Of a stretch of DNA of 64,000 nt, positions 36,986 to 46,654 are shown piece by piece (the first letter of the stretch is position 1; each line of letters begins with the position of its first letter). The position numbers and the translations under genes were made by a program. The stretch lies in IMG/VR virus record IMGVR_UViG_3300028840_005153, positions 1 through 64,000 of that record. One strand, written 5' to 3'. The notes under the pieces were generated by a model that saw nothing but the letters and a program-made list of their open reading frames with translations, made no database searches and was not told where the DNA came from. The stretch is from a virus.

Positions 36986-37837
36986 ATGTTGAATTTTGTT
37001 ATGCTTGGAGTTGCCGGATTTGTTGCTCCAAGACATTTAAAGGCAATCAAAGCAGTTGGTGGAAATCTATTGGCAGCAATGGATCCACATGATTCGGTTG
37101 GAGTTCTTGATAGTTATTTTCCTAATTGCGCTTTTTTTACCGAGTTTGAACGCTTTGATAGATATTGCGATAAACTAATAAGAGAGGGTATTCCTATTGA
37201 CTTCGTTACAATATGCTCTCCAAATTATCTACACGATGCCCATTGTCGTTTTGCTTTGAGAAATAACGCTGAAGCAATTTGTGAAAAACCTTTGGTAATT
37301 AATACCCGAAATATTGATAGCCTTATTGATTTGGAAAAAGAATTTGATAGGAGAATAAATTGCATAATGCAATTGAGACTTCATCCTGATTCTCTTCGGG
37401 TAAAAACGAAGTATCGAAATCGCTCATCTGTTTTTGTGAATGTAGAATATAACGCTCCGCGAGGATTATGGTATAACTATTCATGGAAAGGTATCGAAGA
37501 AAAATCGGGTGGCCTTGCTACTAATATAGGAATTCATATCTTTGATTTACTTGCATGGTTTTTTGGTAAGTGTGAAAAAGTTTCAGTTCTCGTAAAGCAG
37601 GAAAATACTTTGATGTGCAATCTTCGTTTTGAAAGATCAAATTGTGAAATTCTGCTTTCTACTGAAGGGGATAAACCTGTAAGAATTTTTCAAGTTGGAG
37701 AGGATCTTCTGGATTTCACTCAGGCAATTACGAATTTACATACTCTTTCGTATGAAGAGATATTGAATGGAAATTCTTTTAGACCACAGGATGCAAGGGA
37801 GGGTATAAGGATAACAGAATTAATTAGGGAGTTTTAA
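36986..37837 (+). CDS. Gfo/Idh/MocA oxidoreductase, WbpB/WlbA-like UDP-GlcNAcA 3-dehydrogenase
   Basis: [64 protein letters not shown]. Confidence 0.9.
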   Translation: MLNFVMLGVAGFVAPRHLKAIKAVGGNLLAAMDPHDSVGVLDSYFPNCAFFTEFERFDRYCDKLIREGIPIDFVTICSPNYLHDAHCRFALRNNAEAICEKPLVINTRNIDSLIDLEKEFDRRINCIMQLRLHPDSLRVKTKYRNRSSVFVNVEYNAPRGLWYNYSWKGIEEKSGGLATNIGIHIFDLLAWFFGKCEKVSVLVKQENTLMCNLRFERSNCEILLSTEGDKPVRIFQVGEDLLDFTQAITNLHTLSYEEILNGNSFRPQDAREGIRITELIREF

Positions 37838-37838
37838 A

Positions 37839-38282
37839 ATGTGGAATCCAAGTATTTGCGGCAAAGATGTTAAATATTATGAACCTTTAAATGTTTATGG
37901 AGGAGAAATTGGAAATAGATGTATGATTGGTGCTTTCGTAGAAATTGGACCCGAGGTAGTAATTGGAGATGATTGTAGGATTCAATCAGGTGCTTTTATT
38001 CCACAAGGTGTAGTAATTGGTGATTCCGTCTTCATTGGTCCAAATGTGGTTTTCACCAATGTTAAAAAGCCAAAAGCAAAAGTAAAACAATTCTTTCAGA
38101 AGACAATTGTTGGAAATGGAACTGTGATTGGTGCTAATGCTACGATATTGCCAGGAATTATTATTGGAAATTTTTCTACCATAGGCGCTGGAGCAATTGT
38201 TACAAAAAACGTTCCACCTCATTCTATAGTTATTTCACCTGAGGCGAAGATAATCAAAAGTGCTTTACAGAATAAATCATGA
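37839..38282 (+). CDS. Hexapeptide N-acetyltransferase, WbpD/WlbB-like
   Basis: [29 protein letters not shown]. Confidence 0.85.
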   Translation: MWNPSICGKDVKYYEPLNVYGGEIGNRCMIGAFVEIGPEVVIGDDCRIQSGAFIPQGVVIGDSVFIGPNVVFTNVKKPKAKVKQFFQKTIVGNGTVIGANATILPGIIIGNFSTIGAGAIVTKNVPPHSIVISPEAKIIKSALQNKS

Positions 38283-38298
38283 AAGGAGAATTAAAAAA

Positions 38299-38967
38299 AT
38301 GGAAAGAACAAATAACTTTGATCGAATGGGGGATTGGTGCAAATTTTCTGCTCATATGGTTGATAATTATTTAGCTCCGGTAGTGAAGAAATATGGGGCT
38401 GGAGGTATGTTTAATGATTTACTTCATTATACCGGCCTTCGTGTTATATGTTGGAATATTCTCAAATATGCTCTTCGGTTGTGGACTGGAACAGGTAAAC
38501 CGAAAGACTTTGAAAAAATTGCGCACTATTCCCAAATGGGATGGACACTTAAAAATGAATTGGATTTGCAAGCTCCATTTTTTAAATCAGAAGATCCAGA
38601 TCATGAATTTTTTATTTTGCGTGGATCCGAAAAAGATGAAGAAAAAGATGAAGCAGAAAAAGCCATTATGGAATTGATGAATGAATTTCTTAAAAAGGAA
38701 GAAATGATAAATGAAATTAATGAAGCTCTCAAACTTCCGGTTAAGATTAAAAAGGAAGTAAAAGGACCAAAAGATGAAGCATGGTATCGAAGATCATCTA
38801 TGAATAAAATTCATAAGATAAATTCTATTTCTATGAGAAACCATCAGAAGGAAGTAAATCGCTTTTGGGAATATTATTGTAATTTCATCTTTAATGAAAG
38901 ACGTTCTACTGAATTTAAAAATTTGCGTGGTTATTTTTTTGAAAAATTTCTTTCAAAGATGGAGTAA
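38299..38967 (+). CDS. Protein with DUF3310-like N-terminal domain
   Basis: NILKYALR....GK..D.EK..HY. Confidence 0.5.
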   Translation: MERTNNFDRMGDWCKFSAHMVDNYLAPVVKKYGAGGMFNDLLHYTGLRVICWNILKYALRLWTGTGKPKDFEKIAHYSQMGWTLKNELDLQAPFFKSEDPDHEFFILRGSEKDEEKDEAEKAIMELMNEFLKKEEMINEINEALKLPVKIKKEVKGPKDEAWYRRSSMNKIHKINSISMRNHQKEVNRFWEYYCNFIFNERRSTEFKNLRGYFFEKFLSKME

Positions 38968-38973
38968 TTTTTT

Positions 38974-39420
38974 ATGTCTTTCCAGGAGAGAGTTTGTCGG
39001 GCAGCAAAGATTGAAGGCTTCAAAGATGATTATGATTTCTTTCGCTTTTATATTTTGCAAGGTTATCGTCTTGATACGATCTTAAAACATCTTCAATGGG
39101 TTCATTCTATCTATCTTTCATATGCAGGAGCTTATAAAGCATATGGACACGTTTATTCTGCTTTCATAGCGGAAAGAAAAAAGATGGAGAAGAAAATAAA
39201 AAAACCCACTTCAAGTTATCGTAAAAAATATGATAGTAAAAGAAATAGGATAACAAATTGTAAATGTCCTTTAGGGTATAGTAGCGTATCCAATGCCATT
39301 AGGTATTTACGCGGTCATGGACTTACGGAAGAAGAAATAGCAAGGACTTTCGGAGTATCTGTTAAGACGTTTTCCAGATTAAAGCGGCAGTATAATATTT
39401 CCCCACCTGTTAAGAATTAA
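38974..39420 (+). CDS. HTH DNA-binding protein
   Basis: GLTEEEIARTFGVSVKTFSR. Confidence 0.7.
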   Translation: MSFQERVCRAAKIEGFKDDYDFFRFYILQGYRLDTILKHLQWVHSIYLSYAGAYKAYGHVYSAFIAERKKMEKKIKKPTSSYRKKYDSKRNRITNCKCPLGYSSVSNAIRYLRGHGLTEEEIARTFGVSVKTFSRLKRQYNISPPVKN

Positions 39421-39608
39421 CAAAAAGTATTTTCTTATTTAAAAGCAGTAATTTACAGGTAAAGTGATAGTCAAATTTACTTTTACTTTTTTTGCATCTG
39501 GATGCTATCCCTTTATCAATTTAATTTAATAATGTAAGAAAAGATAAAAATCACCTGTATTTACAAATTGTTAATTGCTTCTTTTGTTTGGGCGGAAACG
39601 GAGCAGTA

Positions 39609-40160
39609 ATGAAAAAGATCATCTCGGTTATTCCACAACTCAAGCGCTCAAAACATTTTGCGGGAAGAAAAAGTTGGGTCGATTATTTTATGGCTCAAGC
39701 GTTTTTGGCAGCAGAACAATCCACTTGTCTTCGTAGAAAAGTCGGTGCTGTAGCGGTAAAAGAAAAAAGAATTATCGCAACGGGATTCAATGGTCAAGTA
39801 AGTGGAACTGTTCATTGTAAAAAATGTTTACGCGAAGAATTAGGAATCCCTTCAGGTCAGCGGCAAGAAATATGTCGCGCCCTCCATGCCGAACAAAATG
39901 TTCTTATCCAATGCGCAAAGTATGGCCCTCCTATCAAAGGCGCAATTATCTATCAAACAACTAAACCTTGCATCACCTGTTTTAAAATGCTTTTAAACGC
40001 TGGAGTTGAAAGCATTATTTATGAACATGATTACCCTGATGAATTTACAAATATTGAAATGTCAACCTGTGGATGGATGAAGATAAAAAGGGAAGATAAT
40101 TTTTTCTGTTTACAACCGAGACCTGAATTTAAATTTACGGTGATGTGTGATGCTCAGTAA
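39609..40160 (+). CDS. dCMP deaminase
   Basis: STCLRRKVGA, HAEQN, PCITC. Confidence 0.93.
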   Translation: MKKIISVIPQLKRSKHFAGRKSWVDYFMAQAFLAAEQSTCLRRKVGAVAVKEKRIIATGFNGQVSGTVHCKKCLREELGIPSGQRQEICRALHAEQNVLIQCAKYGPPIKGAIIYQTTKPCITCFKMLLNAGVESIIYEHDYPDEFTNIEMSTCGWMKIKREDNFFCLQPRPEFKFTVMCDAQ

Positions 40161-40572
40161 GAAAAAAGTATTAATAGGTGGAAGTCGTTCTATTTATGAT
40201 CCGCGTGAATTGATTATAGCATTCAAAATAGTTTATCATGATGGGACATTTTTAAAAGATAGAAAAGAAATTGGAACAGTTATTTCGGGCGGAGCAAGGG
40301 GAGTCGATAAGATGGGAGAGACTTTTGCTTCGCGTAATGCGATTAGTCTTATTATATGTCCTGCAAATTGGCAGCGAGAATCCAGTAGAAATTCGGTCAG
40401 TGAGGCGGATTGCGGTGTTTTACTTTGGGACGGTATTAGTCATGGAACACTAATGTTGATCGAAGAATTTACTTTGCAGAATAAACCATTTTACGTTCAT
40501 TACGCGGTTCCAACGGCTTCATATAAAAATAAAGACATTGAAGATTTTTTGAAGGAGAATAAAAATGCCTGA
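40147..40572 (+). CDS. Second SLOG-family (DUF2493-like) protein
   Basis: IGGSR, VISGGARGVD, WDG.SHGT. Confidence 0.75.
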   Translation: MMLSKKKVLIGGSRSIYDPRELIIAFKIVYHDGTFLKDRKEIGTVISGGARGVDKMGETFASRNAISLIICPANWQRESSRNSVSEADCGVLLWDGISHGTLMLIEEFTLQNKPFYVHYAVPTASYKNKDIEDFLKENKNA

Positions 40573-40870
40573 GGAGAAAGTGAAGCCGCAGAATTGTGAA
40601 ACGTGTCACTTTGATAAAGATGATTGTGGAATGCCCGTACCATGTTGTGAGGTTGAAGATTACTTCGGAAAAACGGTTGACAGTTTAAGGGCTGTTGCGA
40701 AAACTTTTCTTGTAGCACAAACTCAGCTTATGAGAACGATAGAAAAATCAAATAATGATCTTGAAAGGGCGATGCGTACAATTACTTTGAAAGAGGAAGC
40801 GTTCAAAGATTCAGTTGGGCAACTGAAAGACGCTTGCAATAATTGCATAGGAAAGAAAGAAAAGGAATAG
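40565..40870 (+). CDS. hypothetical protein (Cys motifs, coiled coil)
   Basis: AAGGAG RBS. Confidence 0.6.
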   Translation: MPEEKVKPQNCETCHFDKDDCGMPVPCCEVEDYFGKTVDSLRAVAKTFLVAQTQLMRTIEKSNNDLERAMRTITLKEEAFKDSVGQLKDACNNCIGKKEKE

Positions 40871-40895
40871 CGATAAAATTTTAATTATAAGGAGG

Positions 40896-41114
40896 ATGAA
40901 AATGTTTCGCCGCAAATTAGATATTCCAGGTCAACTAAAAACAGAAAAAAAGAAAAACCCAATTGAAGAGGAAAAAGAAATCGTAAGGGAGGCTTACCAA
41001 TTTCAGAGAGAATTAGCACGAGAACAAATAGAAAGTCTTTCAGTTAATTCTTTCACATCGCTCACAACGGCATCAATTGGTTATATTCCAACGGGCAATA
41101 TTGGTACGAGATAA
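40896..41114 (+). CDS. hypothetical protein
   Basis: AAGGAGG RBS. Confidence 0.6.
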   Translation: MKMFRRKLDIPGQLKTEKKKNPIEEEKEIVREAYQFQRELAREQIESLSVNSFTSLTTASIGYIPTGNIGTR

Positions 41115-41188
41115 AAGTATTAAATAATTTCGGGAAGTATATTTCGGGCATATGTAATGTATAGAAATTCCAGTTGAAGGCTTTCAAA

Positions 41189-42061
41189 ATGAGTATTCGT
41201 AGAGAAAAGAAAATAGCTAAGGAGAGAGTGAAAAAGGGTATAGGAGAAAAGAAAACCCCTGCCCATGCACCACTCGGCTCGGGAAGGATCAAAAGAAGAA
41301 ATAAAGCAGAACGAAAGAAGGGAATCAAATTCCTAAAGGAAAGAAGAAAGCAAAAGAGATTTGAGCGCAATATGGAAGCATATGAAATGCGTTTGAAAGG
41401 ATATAAGTATAAAGATATCGCTGAACGCTTTGGGAAGACTTTGCCGCAGGAGGCTTATCAATGGGTTCAGCAAGCGATGGTAACTATACAGCAGGATACA
41501 AAGGAAGACGAAGAAAAAGTAAAGCAATTGGAAATTGATCGTATGGATTGTCTTCTACATGGAATGTGGGATAGCGCAATACATGGACATGTCGGGTATG
41601 ATAAAAAAGGCAACCGAGTAAAATTTCCTCCAAACCCAAAAGCAGCTGATGCAGTATTAAAGATAATGAAACGCCGAAGCGATCTTCTCGGTCTTGATAA
41701 ACCGAAAACTACTTTCCTTGGAAACGATGAAAATCACCCACTGATAGAAAACACTGAAGCGAAATTAATTTCTACTTTAACTAATCTTGCGAAGACTTGT
41801 CAAAAGGGAAAAGATGAACAGTTGCCTGAAAGTGAAATTACGGCAATGGAAGAAATGGTTCCAATTAAATCTACCAACATTAAAAAGGCAAGCTATAACG
41901 AAGAAACGGAAGTACTCACGGTCCAATTTAAAACAGGGAAGAGATATGAATATCTCGATGTTCCACCTAACTTATGGGACAAGTTTATGGCAGCTAAATC
42001 CCAAGGAAGTTTCTTCCATAAAGAGATAAGAAGAAAATTTGAATATATCAAAGTAGATTAA
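41189..42061 (+). CDS. Terminase small subunit-like HTH protein fused to C-terminal KTSC domain
   Basis: A.EMRL.GY.Y.DIAERFG HTH, LEIDRMD, LKIM.RR..LLGLD.P; C-terminal SS/TNI...Y...L.V.F..G..Y.Y..VP......AKSQGSFF. Confidence 0.78.
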   Translation: MSIRREKKIAKERVKKGIGEKKTPAHAPLGSGRIKRRNKAERKKGIKFLKERRKQKRFERNMEAYEMRLKGYKYKDIAERFGKTLPQEAYQWVQQAMVTIQQDTKEDEEKVKQLEIDRMDCLLHGMWDSAIHGHVGYDKKGNRVKFPPNPKAADAVLKIMKRRSDLLGLDKPKTTFLGNDENHPLIENTEAKLISTLTNLAKTCQKGKDEQLPESEITAMEEMVPIKSTNIKKASYNEETEVLTVQFKTGKRYEYLDVPPNLWDKFMAAKSQGSFFHKEIRRKFEYIKVD

Positions 42062-42266
42062 GTTTCATCTATTATATAAGGGCCAAACTAAATGAAGAAA
42101 AGTATTTTGAAGAATCAAAATGGTTGTTTCAATTTTGATTTCGCAATTATCTTTTGGCTTGGAGCAGCGCTTGGAGCGGCAGTTTCAATTTTCATTTGGG
42201 AAATTCTTTGTTGGCTTTTTGAAAGTATGGCAATCATTTTGAAGTAAATAAAAAAGAGGAGGGGAA

Positions 42267-42473
42267 ATGGAAGAGAAAAAGTATCATATCCTTTATGAAG
42301 AATTTAACACGATCGATTCACCACCCTTGAGATTAGTTGTTCGAGCGGAAAATAAAAATGAAGCAGAAATGAAAGCAAACAATTACGGCGTTCCAAGTAA
42401 ACTTATTCAAGAGATAATTCAGGTCTGGCCGGAACCTGAAAAGAAAACCCAAAAAGAAGAAGATGAGGTTTGA
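42267..42473 (+). CDS. hypothetical protein
   Basis: GAGGAGG RBS. Confidence 0.6.
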   Translation: MEEKKYHILYEEFNTIDSPPLRLVVRAENKNEAEMKANNYGVPSKLIQEIIQVWPEPEKKTQKEEDEV

Positions 42474-42476
42474 CAA

Positions 42477-42905
42477 ATGCGCAGTAATTTTTACAGCGTA
42501 GGAAGTGGAGCTCAATTTGATAAAACCTCTCAAAGTAAAGTATATGAAAGAAAAAAGATTGAAGATCATCTGGAGGAAAAATTCGGGCTGACAGAAAAAG
42601 AGAAAACCGAAATTCAAATAGGTAAACGGCTCGAAAAAATATATCAAGAAGAAAAGATTTTGATTTATTCAGATAACCCAAACGAGGCGCAATTGGGTCG
42701 AACAGTTTGTCTTCGCCGTATGCTTAAAGAAATGAGGGAGGGGAATAATGGGCAACGAAGAAAAGATAAATTTTCCTTTGGAGGGGAAAGCAATAATCGA
42801 AACGCAGAAAATCTTCGAGAAATTATTTCTTTCGAAATTGCTAAAGGAAGGCTTGATAAAAAACAAAAAAGGGGAAATACGGCAAAGTATAAAAACACCT
42901 TATAG
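42477..42905 (+). CDS. hypothetical protein (overlaps 42748-42981)
   Basis: GAGG RBS; 3' part overlaps next ORF. Confidence 0.45.
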   Translation: MRSNFYSVGSGAQFDKTSQSKVYERKKIEDHLEEKFGLTEKEKTEIQIGKRLEKIYQEEKILIYSDNPNEAQLGRTVCLRRMLKEMREGNNGQRRKDKFSFGGESNNRNAENLREIISFEIAKGRLDKKQKRGNTAKYKNTL

Positions 42906-42981
42906 AGATAATCTCGGAGATGAATTGGCTCCTTTCCCTCCCGTAGTTTTAGAAAGGAAAGAAAATGCCAATTCCAAATAA
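42748..42981 (+). CDS. hypothetical protein
   Basis: GGAGG RBS. Confidence 0.5.
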   Translation: MGNEEKINFPLEGKAIIETQKIFEKLFLSKLLKEGLIKNKKGEIRQSIKTPYRDNLGDELAPFPPVVLERKENANSK

Positions 42982-43315
42982 AACACCGAAGAAGATAAGA
43001 CATTTCAGCAAGGAGAAATTTAACAAAACTCAAATGGAAGTATTCAGCATTGCTTTTATGCTGCAAGGATTAGAAATAGAAACATTCAATGACTGTTTAA
43101 ATTTCCTAATTGAAAATGGAGAGAAATACACTCAGGGCAAGTTTGAAAAAAGAAAAGAATATTTGGAAATCCTAAAACAATTGGGAGAGAATTTCGCACA
43201 ACTAAAAAACGCATCAAAGCAATTTTATTCCGAAGCTGCTAAACTATACGCCAATGAAGATGAACGTAAGCAAGCATTTTTAAACCTACAGGAAGACCTC
43301 AGTGCTTTAAAATAA
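42965..43315 (+). CDS. hypothetical protein
   Basis: ORF with AAGGA RBS. Confidence 0.6.
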   Translation: MPIPNKTPKKIRHFSKEKFNKTQMEVFSIAFMLQGLEIETFNDCLNFLIENGEKYTQGKFEKRKEYLEILKQLGENFAQLKNASKQFYSEAAKLYANEDERKQAFLNLQEDLSALK

Positions 43316-43339
43316 AGAGTAAAAGAGGGAGAGCAGTAA

Positions 43340-43798
43340 ATGGCAGCAAAAAATAAAACATACAAAGGAACGCTTGTTACGCTCTCAGCAATGGTAGATA
43401 AAACAAAACTTTCATACAATGCAATATGTTCCATTTTGAAAACAGTAAATGGAAAACCAATTTATGATCAAAGCCTTGAAAGAGTAATTGGCTTCATAAA
43501 AAATGCTACTTTAAAAATCAAAGAAAAAAGAATCGATGCGGAGTTTATTTTAAACGAAGAAGGAATGGAAGAAATAGAAAACAGCCTTCACTATAATTAT
43601 GTTTCCGCCGGTTATTTGGTAAAAAAATCAGAGTATAATGTAAAAAGTAATTTAAGAATCATTCATGATTGCGAATTGGTTTTCTCTTCATTTCTTTCGT
43701 ATCCAATAACTTTTGACCAATTAGAAGTTTTACCAAAAGAAAAATTCAATTTAAAATACGAAGAAAAAGTAAATGACAAAAATTATAATCTTTCGTAA
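43340..43798 (+). CDS. hypothetical protein resembling a Mu-type prohead protease fold
   Basis: IG.I......A.F..NEEG.E.I....Y.YVS.GY...L......P pattern. Confidence 0.35.
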   Translation: MAAKNKTYKGTLVTLSAMVDKTKLSYNAICSILKTVNGKPIYDQSLERVIGFIKNATLKIKEKRIDAEFILNEEGMEEIENSLHYNYVSAGYLVKKSEYNVKSNLRIIHDCELVFSSFLSYPITFDQLEVLPKEKFNLKYEEKVNDKNYNLS

Positions 43799-44048
43799 TA
43801 AACAAAGGCAAAGGCAAGCTGAAGCTATAACAGAACACAAACAGAAAAACGAAATGATTATTTCTACAATAGAAAAGCGTTTGACTGGTATGGTTTCAGC
43901 TTTAACATTTGAAAGCGAAGATGAACTCAAAAGGTATAAGGAGGCCAAAAGAGAAAAACCTAATGAAGTGCATATAGTAAAGAAGAATATTGAGAGGGGG
44001 AAAATAATCAAATATGGATACCGGGAGGATAAGAAAATATTTAAGTGA
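43773..44048 (+). CDS. hypothetical protein
   Basis: ORF in operon. Confidence 0.5.
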   Translation: MTKIIIFRNKQRQRQAEAITEHKQKNEMIISTIEKRLTGMVSALTFESEDELKRYKEAKREKPNEVHIVKKNIERGKIIKYGYREDKKIFK

Positions 44049-44382
44049 CAGCGGATACTCTTCCTATCAAATAAATAAATATCTCTTCACTCAGGAAAGT
44101 GAAAATGCTCTTCGTACGGTAGCAAAAGCGGCATACAGGGATGGCGCAAAACACATGATAGCTTTTATGTTGCGTAAAATTTTTGGTTTCAGTGAGAAGA
44201 TAATGCATCCAAAAGAAAAACCAACAAACAATCCAGAAGAACAACCTGAAAGAAAAGATTTTAAACAACCATGCGATAAACCTGAAGAACAACCAAAGGG
44301 AGAAATTCCTTGCACCTGTGAAGAACATGATATCGTTCATTGGTACACCTCAAAGATAATGCAGGAAGCAAAAATTAAATGA
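44014..44382 (+). CDS. hypothetical protein
   Basis: ORF coupled to TerL. Confidence 0.55.
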   Translation: MDTGRIRKYLSDSGYSSYQINKYLFTQESENALRTVAKAAYRDGAKHMIAFMLRKIFGFSEKIMHPKEKPTNNPEEQPERKDFKQPCDKPEEQPKGEIPCTCEEHDIVHWYTSKIMQEAKIK

Positions 44383-45761
44383 CAGCTATACCCAAAAATA
44401 CGGCTCCAGATTATCAGAAGTATTACAAGGGAAATCCGTTCACCAAAAAGAGTGTGATGCAAATTCTTGTAGAAGAATATGGAGTCGAACAAATTTTAAA
44501 AATGTTAACCGAAGAGGAAAGACAACTCCTCTTTTATTGTTGGCGAGTATGGGGTCGCCCGGAGCAATTGTCTCCAACTTGGGAATGGATTGTCTGGATT
44601 TACCTTGCCGGACGTGGTAGTGGCAAAACAAGAAGTGGAGCTGAATGGGTCAGAGAACAAGTAAAACGCGGTCATAAAAGAATTGCTTTCGTTGCTGCTA
44701 CTGCCGCTGATTACCGTGATACTATGGTGGAAGGTGATAGTGGAATACTTGCTATTTCTCCACCGTGGGACATGCCTGATTGGGAGCCTTCAAAGAGGAA
44801 AGTCACTTTTAAAAATGGTGCCAAATGTTATTGCTTTTCGGCAGAAAAACCTGATCGTCTTCGAGGTCCTCAGTTTGAAAAAGCATGGTGTGATGAATTG
44901 GCCGCATGGGGTCGTTTGCAGGAGACATGGGATAACCTCATGTTTGGCCTGCGTTTAGGAAGTAATCCACAAGCTATGGTGACAACGACCCCTCGGCCTC
45001 TTTCATTAATCAAAGAACTCGTAAATGATAGTCGCAATGCAGTTTCACGCGGTAGCACTTACGATAACATCGCAAACTTGGCAGAGAATTTCTTTCGCTA
45101 TATTATAAAGAAGTATCAAGGAACACGCCTTGGAAGACAAGAAATTGAAGCGGTTATTTTAGAAGATAATCCAAATGCACTTTTCAAAAGAGAACTCATA
45201 GATCAGCATAGAATTACTTCAGATCAATTACCTGATCTCGAAGATGTTGTCATTCCTTTGGACCCTGCTGTAACGGACGGAGATAAAAGTGATGATACTG
45301 GAATCATACCTTGTGGAATGGCAACAATAGATGATATGGAACATTACTACATTTTAGGAGACTATACTATCCACGGTAAACCTCATGAATGGGGTGAAAT
45401 GGCTTTGAAGTGTTATAGTCTTTTTCATGCGAATAAAATTGTGGGCGAAGTAAATAATGGCGGAGACATGATAGAGCATGTTATCCGCACTATTAAAAAG
45501 AATAAGAAAAAAGGTATTCATGTTTCCGGTTATAACGTACCATATGAAAGTGTTCGGGCAACGAGGGGCAAATGGTTACGAGCCGAACCAATTTCTGCTT
45601 TAAGCGAACAAGGAAGATTACATATTGTGGGAAGTCTTCCTAAGCTCGAAGATGAAATGTGTGAATGGCAGCCAGGAGAGAAAAGTCCTGATCGCTTGGA
45701 TAGTATGGTTTGGGGAATTACTGCTTTGAGCGAAGGCGGAGATAAAATTTTCGTAGCATAA
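44379..45761 (+). CDS. Terminase large subunit
   Basis: AGRGSGKTR, LRGPQF..AWCDE, TTTP, GRQE, LDPA, E.NNGG, SPDRLD. Confidence 0.95.
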   Translation: MTAIPKNTAPDYQKYYKGNPFTKKSVMQILVEEYGVEQILKMLTEEERQLLFYCWRVWGRPEQLSPTWEWIVWIYLAGRGSGKTRSGAEWVREQVKRGHKRIAFVAATAADYRDTMVEGDSGILAISPPWDMPDWEPSKRKVTFKNGAKCYCFSAEKPDRLRGPQFEKAWCDELAAWGRLQETWDNLMFGLRLGSNPQAMVTTTPRPLSLIKELVNDSRNAVSRGSTYDNIANLAENFFRYIIKKYQGTRLGRQEIEAVILEDNPNALFKRELIDQHRITSDQLPDLEDVVIPLDPAVTDGDKSDDTGIIPCGMATIDDMEHYYILGDYTIHGKPHEWGEMALKCYSLFHANKIVGEVNNGGDMIEHVIRTIKKNKKKGIHVSGYNVPYESVRATRGKWLRAEPISALSEQGRLHIVGSLPKLEDEMCEWQPGEKSPDRLDSMVWGITALSEGGDKIFVA

Positions 45762-45767
45762 AAAAAA

Positions 45768-45950
45768 TAGCGCCGGATAGGTAATAGCGACATTGGGTTT
45801 GACTTCTTTCTGCGGCTGTCAAATCCTGGCTTGCGGTGTCGCAACCTCCTCTAAAAAATCCTGATTCGAAGCATTCCGCCCAAATGTCTTTGACAGGTGA
45901 TCCGCCTATTCCGGAGGGTGGGATGGCGCGCAGTTCGTAACTGCCGCTGG
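45768..45950 (+). ncRNA. Candidate structured (pseudoknotted) non-coding RNA
   Basis: GC-rich intergenic island with six or more complementary segments (see findings). Confidence 0.55.
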
Positions 45951-45986
45951 GAACTAATTTTAAACGGGTCATTTAGGAAAGAAAAA

Positions 45987-46313
45987 ATGTGGAAGAAAAT
46001 AGTTACAGGAATAGGAACAATAATTCTCATGGGAAGTATTGTTTCTGGATGGGTTTGGGTTGATAGTTATTTTGCCAAAGCAAATATCGTAGAAATCATA
46101 GAAGCAAACGCTATCGATATTCGTATCAATACTTTGAAAGACGGCATCCGGTGGTATCAAGATCAAATGGCATATATAATGTCTCGATGCGGAAAAAGAA
46201 ATCCAGAAGAATTACCGGAACATGCTTATAAAACCTACAAGGATTACGAAGAAAAGAAAAAAGAAATGGAGAGGGAATTAGAAGTTTTAATGCGAAAGAG
46301 GAATGGTATTTAA
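45987..46313 (+). CDS. Membrane protein with coiled coil (holin/spanin-like, uncertain)
   Basis: Single N-terminal transmembrane helix. Confidence 0.5.
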   Translation: MWKKIVTGIGTIILMGSIVSGWVWVDSYFAKANIVEIIEANAIDIRINTLKDGIRWYQDQMAYIMSRCGKRNPEELPEHAYKTYKDYEEKKKEMERELEVLMRKRNGI

Positions 46314-46328
46314 AAAGGAAGGGGAAAG

Positions 46329-46643
46329 ATGAAAATTGAAATTGAGATACCAGATTGGGCAGCTGAAAGGCAATTAACACTTTTGGCAGGAGTAGAATTG
46401 GTAGCGCGAAAAAGTCCAAGGGAAGATTACTGGGAAATCAAAGATCAAAGATGTAATTTTTGCGGCATGTGCTGTCATGATTTTCCAACCTCACCATACG
46501 GAAATGATGACGAAGGAAGATGTAAAAAAGTTTTCAATGATAATGGCAAATGGAAATGTATGGCTGGAACAAAAAGACCTTATAACTGCTTAATGGACCC
46601 ATCAGAAGAAGACTTTTGTTGTATCACTTATATCAAAGGGTAA
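46329..46643 (+). CDS. CxxCxxCC cysteine-cluster protein (YkgJ-like)
   Basis: CNFCGMCC ... C ... C....RP..C. Confidence 0.7.
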   Translation: MKIEIEIPDWAAERQLTLLAGVELVARKSPREDYWEIKDQRCNFCGMCCHDFPTSPYGNDDEGRCKKVFNDNGKWKCMAGTKRPYNCLMDPSEEDFCCITYIKG

Positions 46644-46654
46644 AGTGAAAAAGT

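Noticed and set aside
39421-39600. tRNA or ncRNA in AT-rich gap
   Set aside because: No cloverleaf or T-loop GTTCRA and no convincing stems; probably a promoter region. I saw no tRNA genes anywhere in the window
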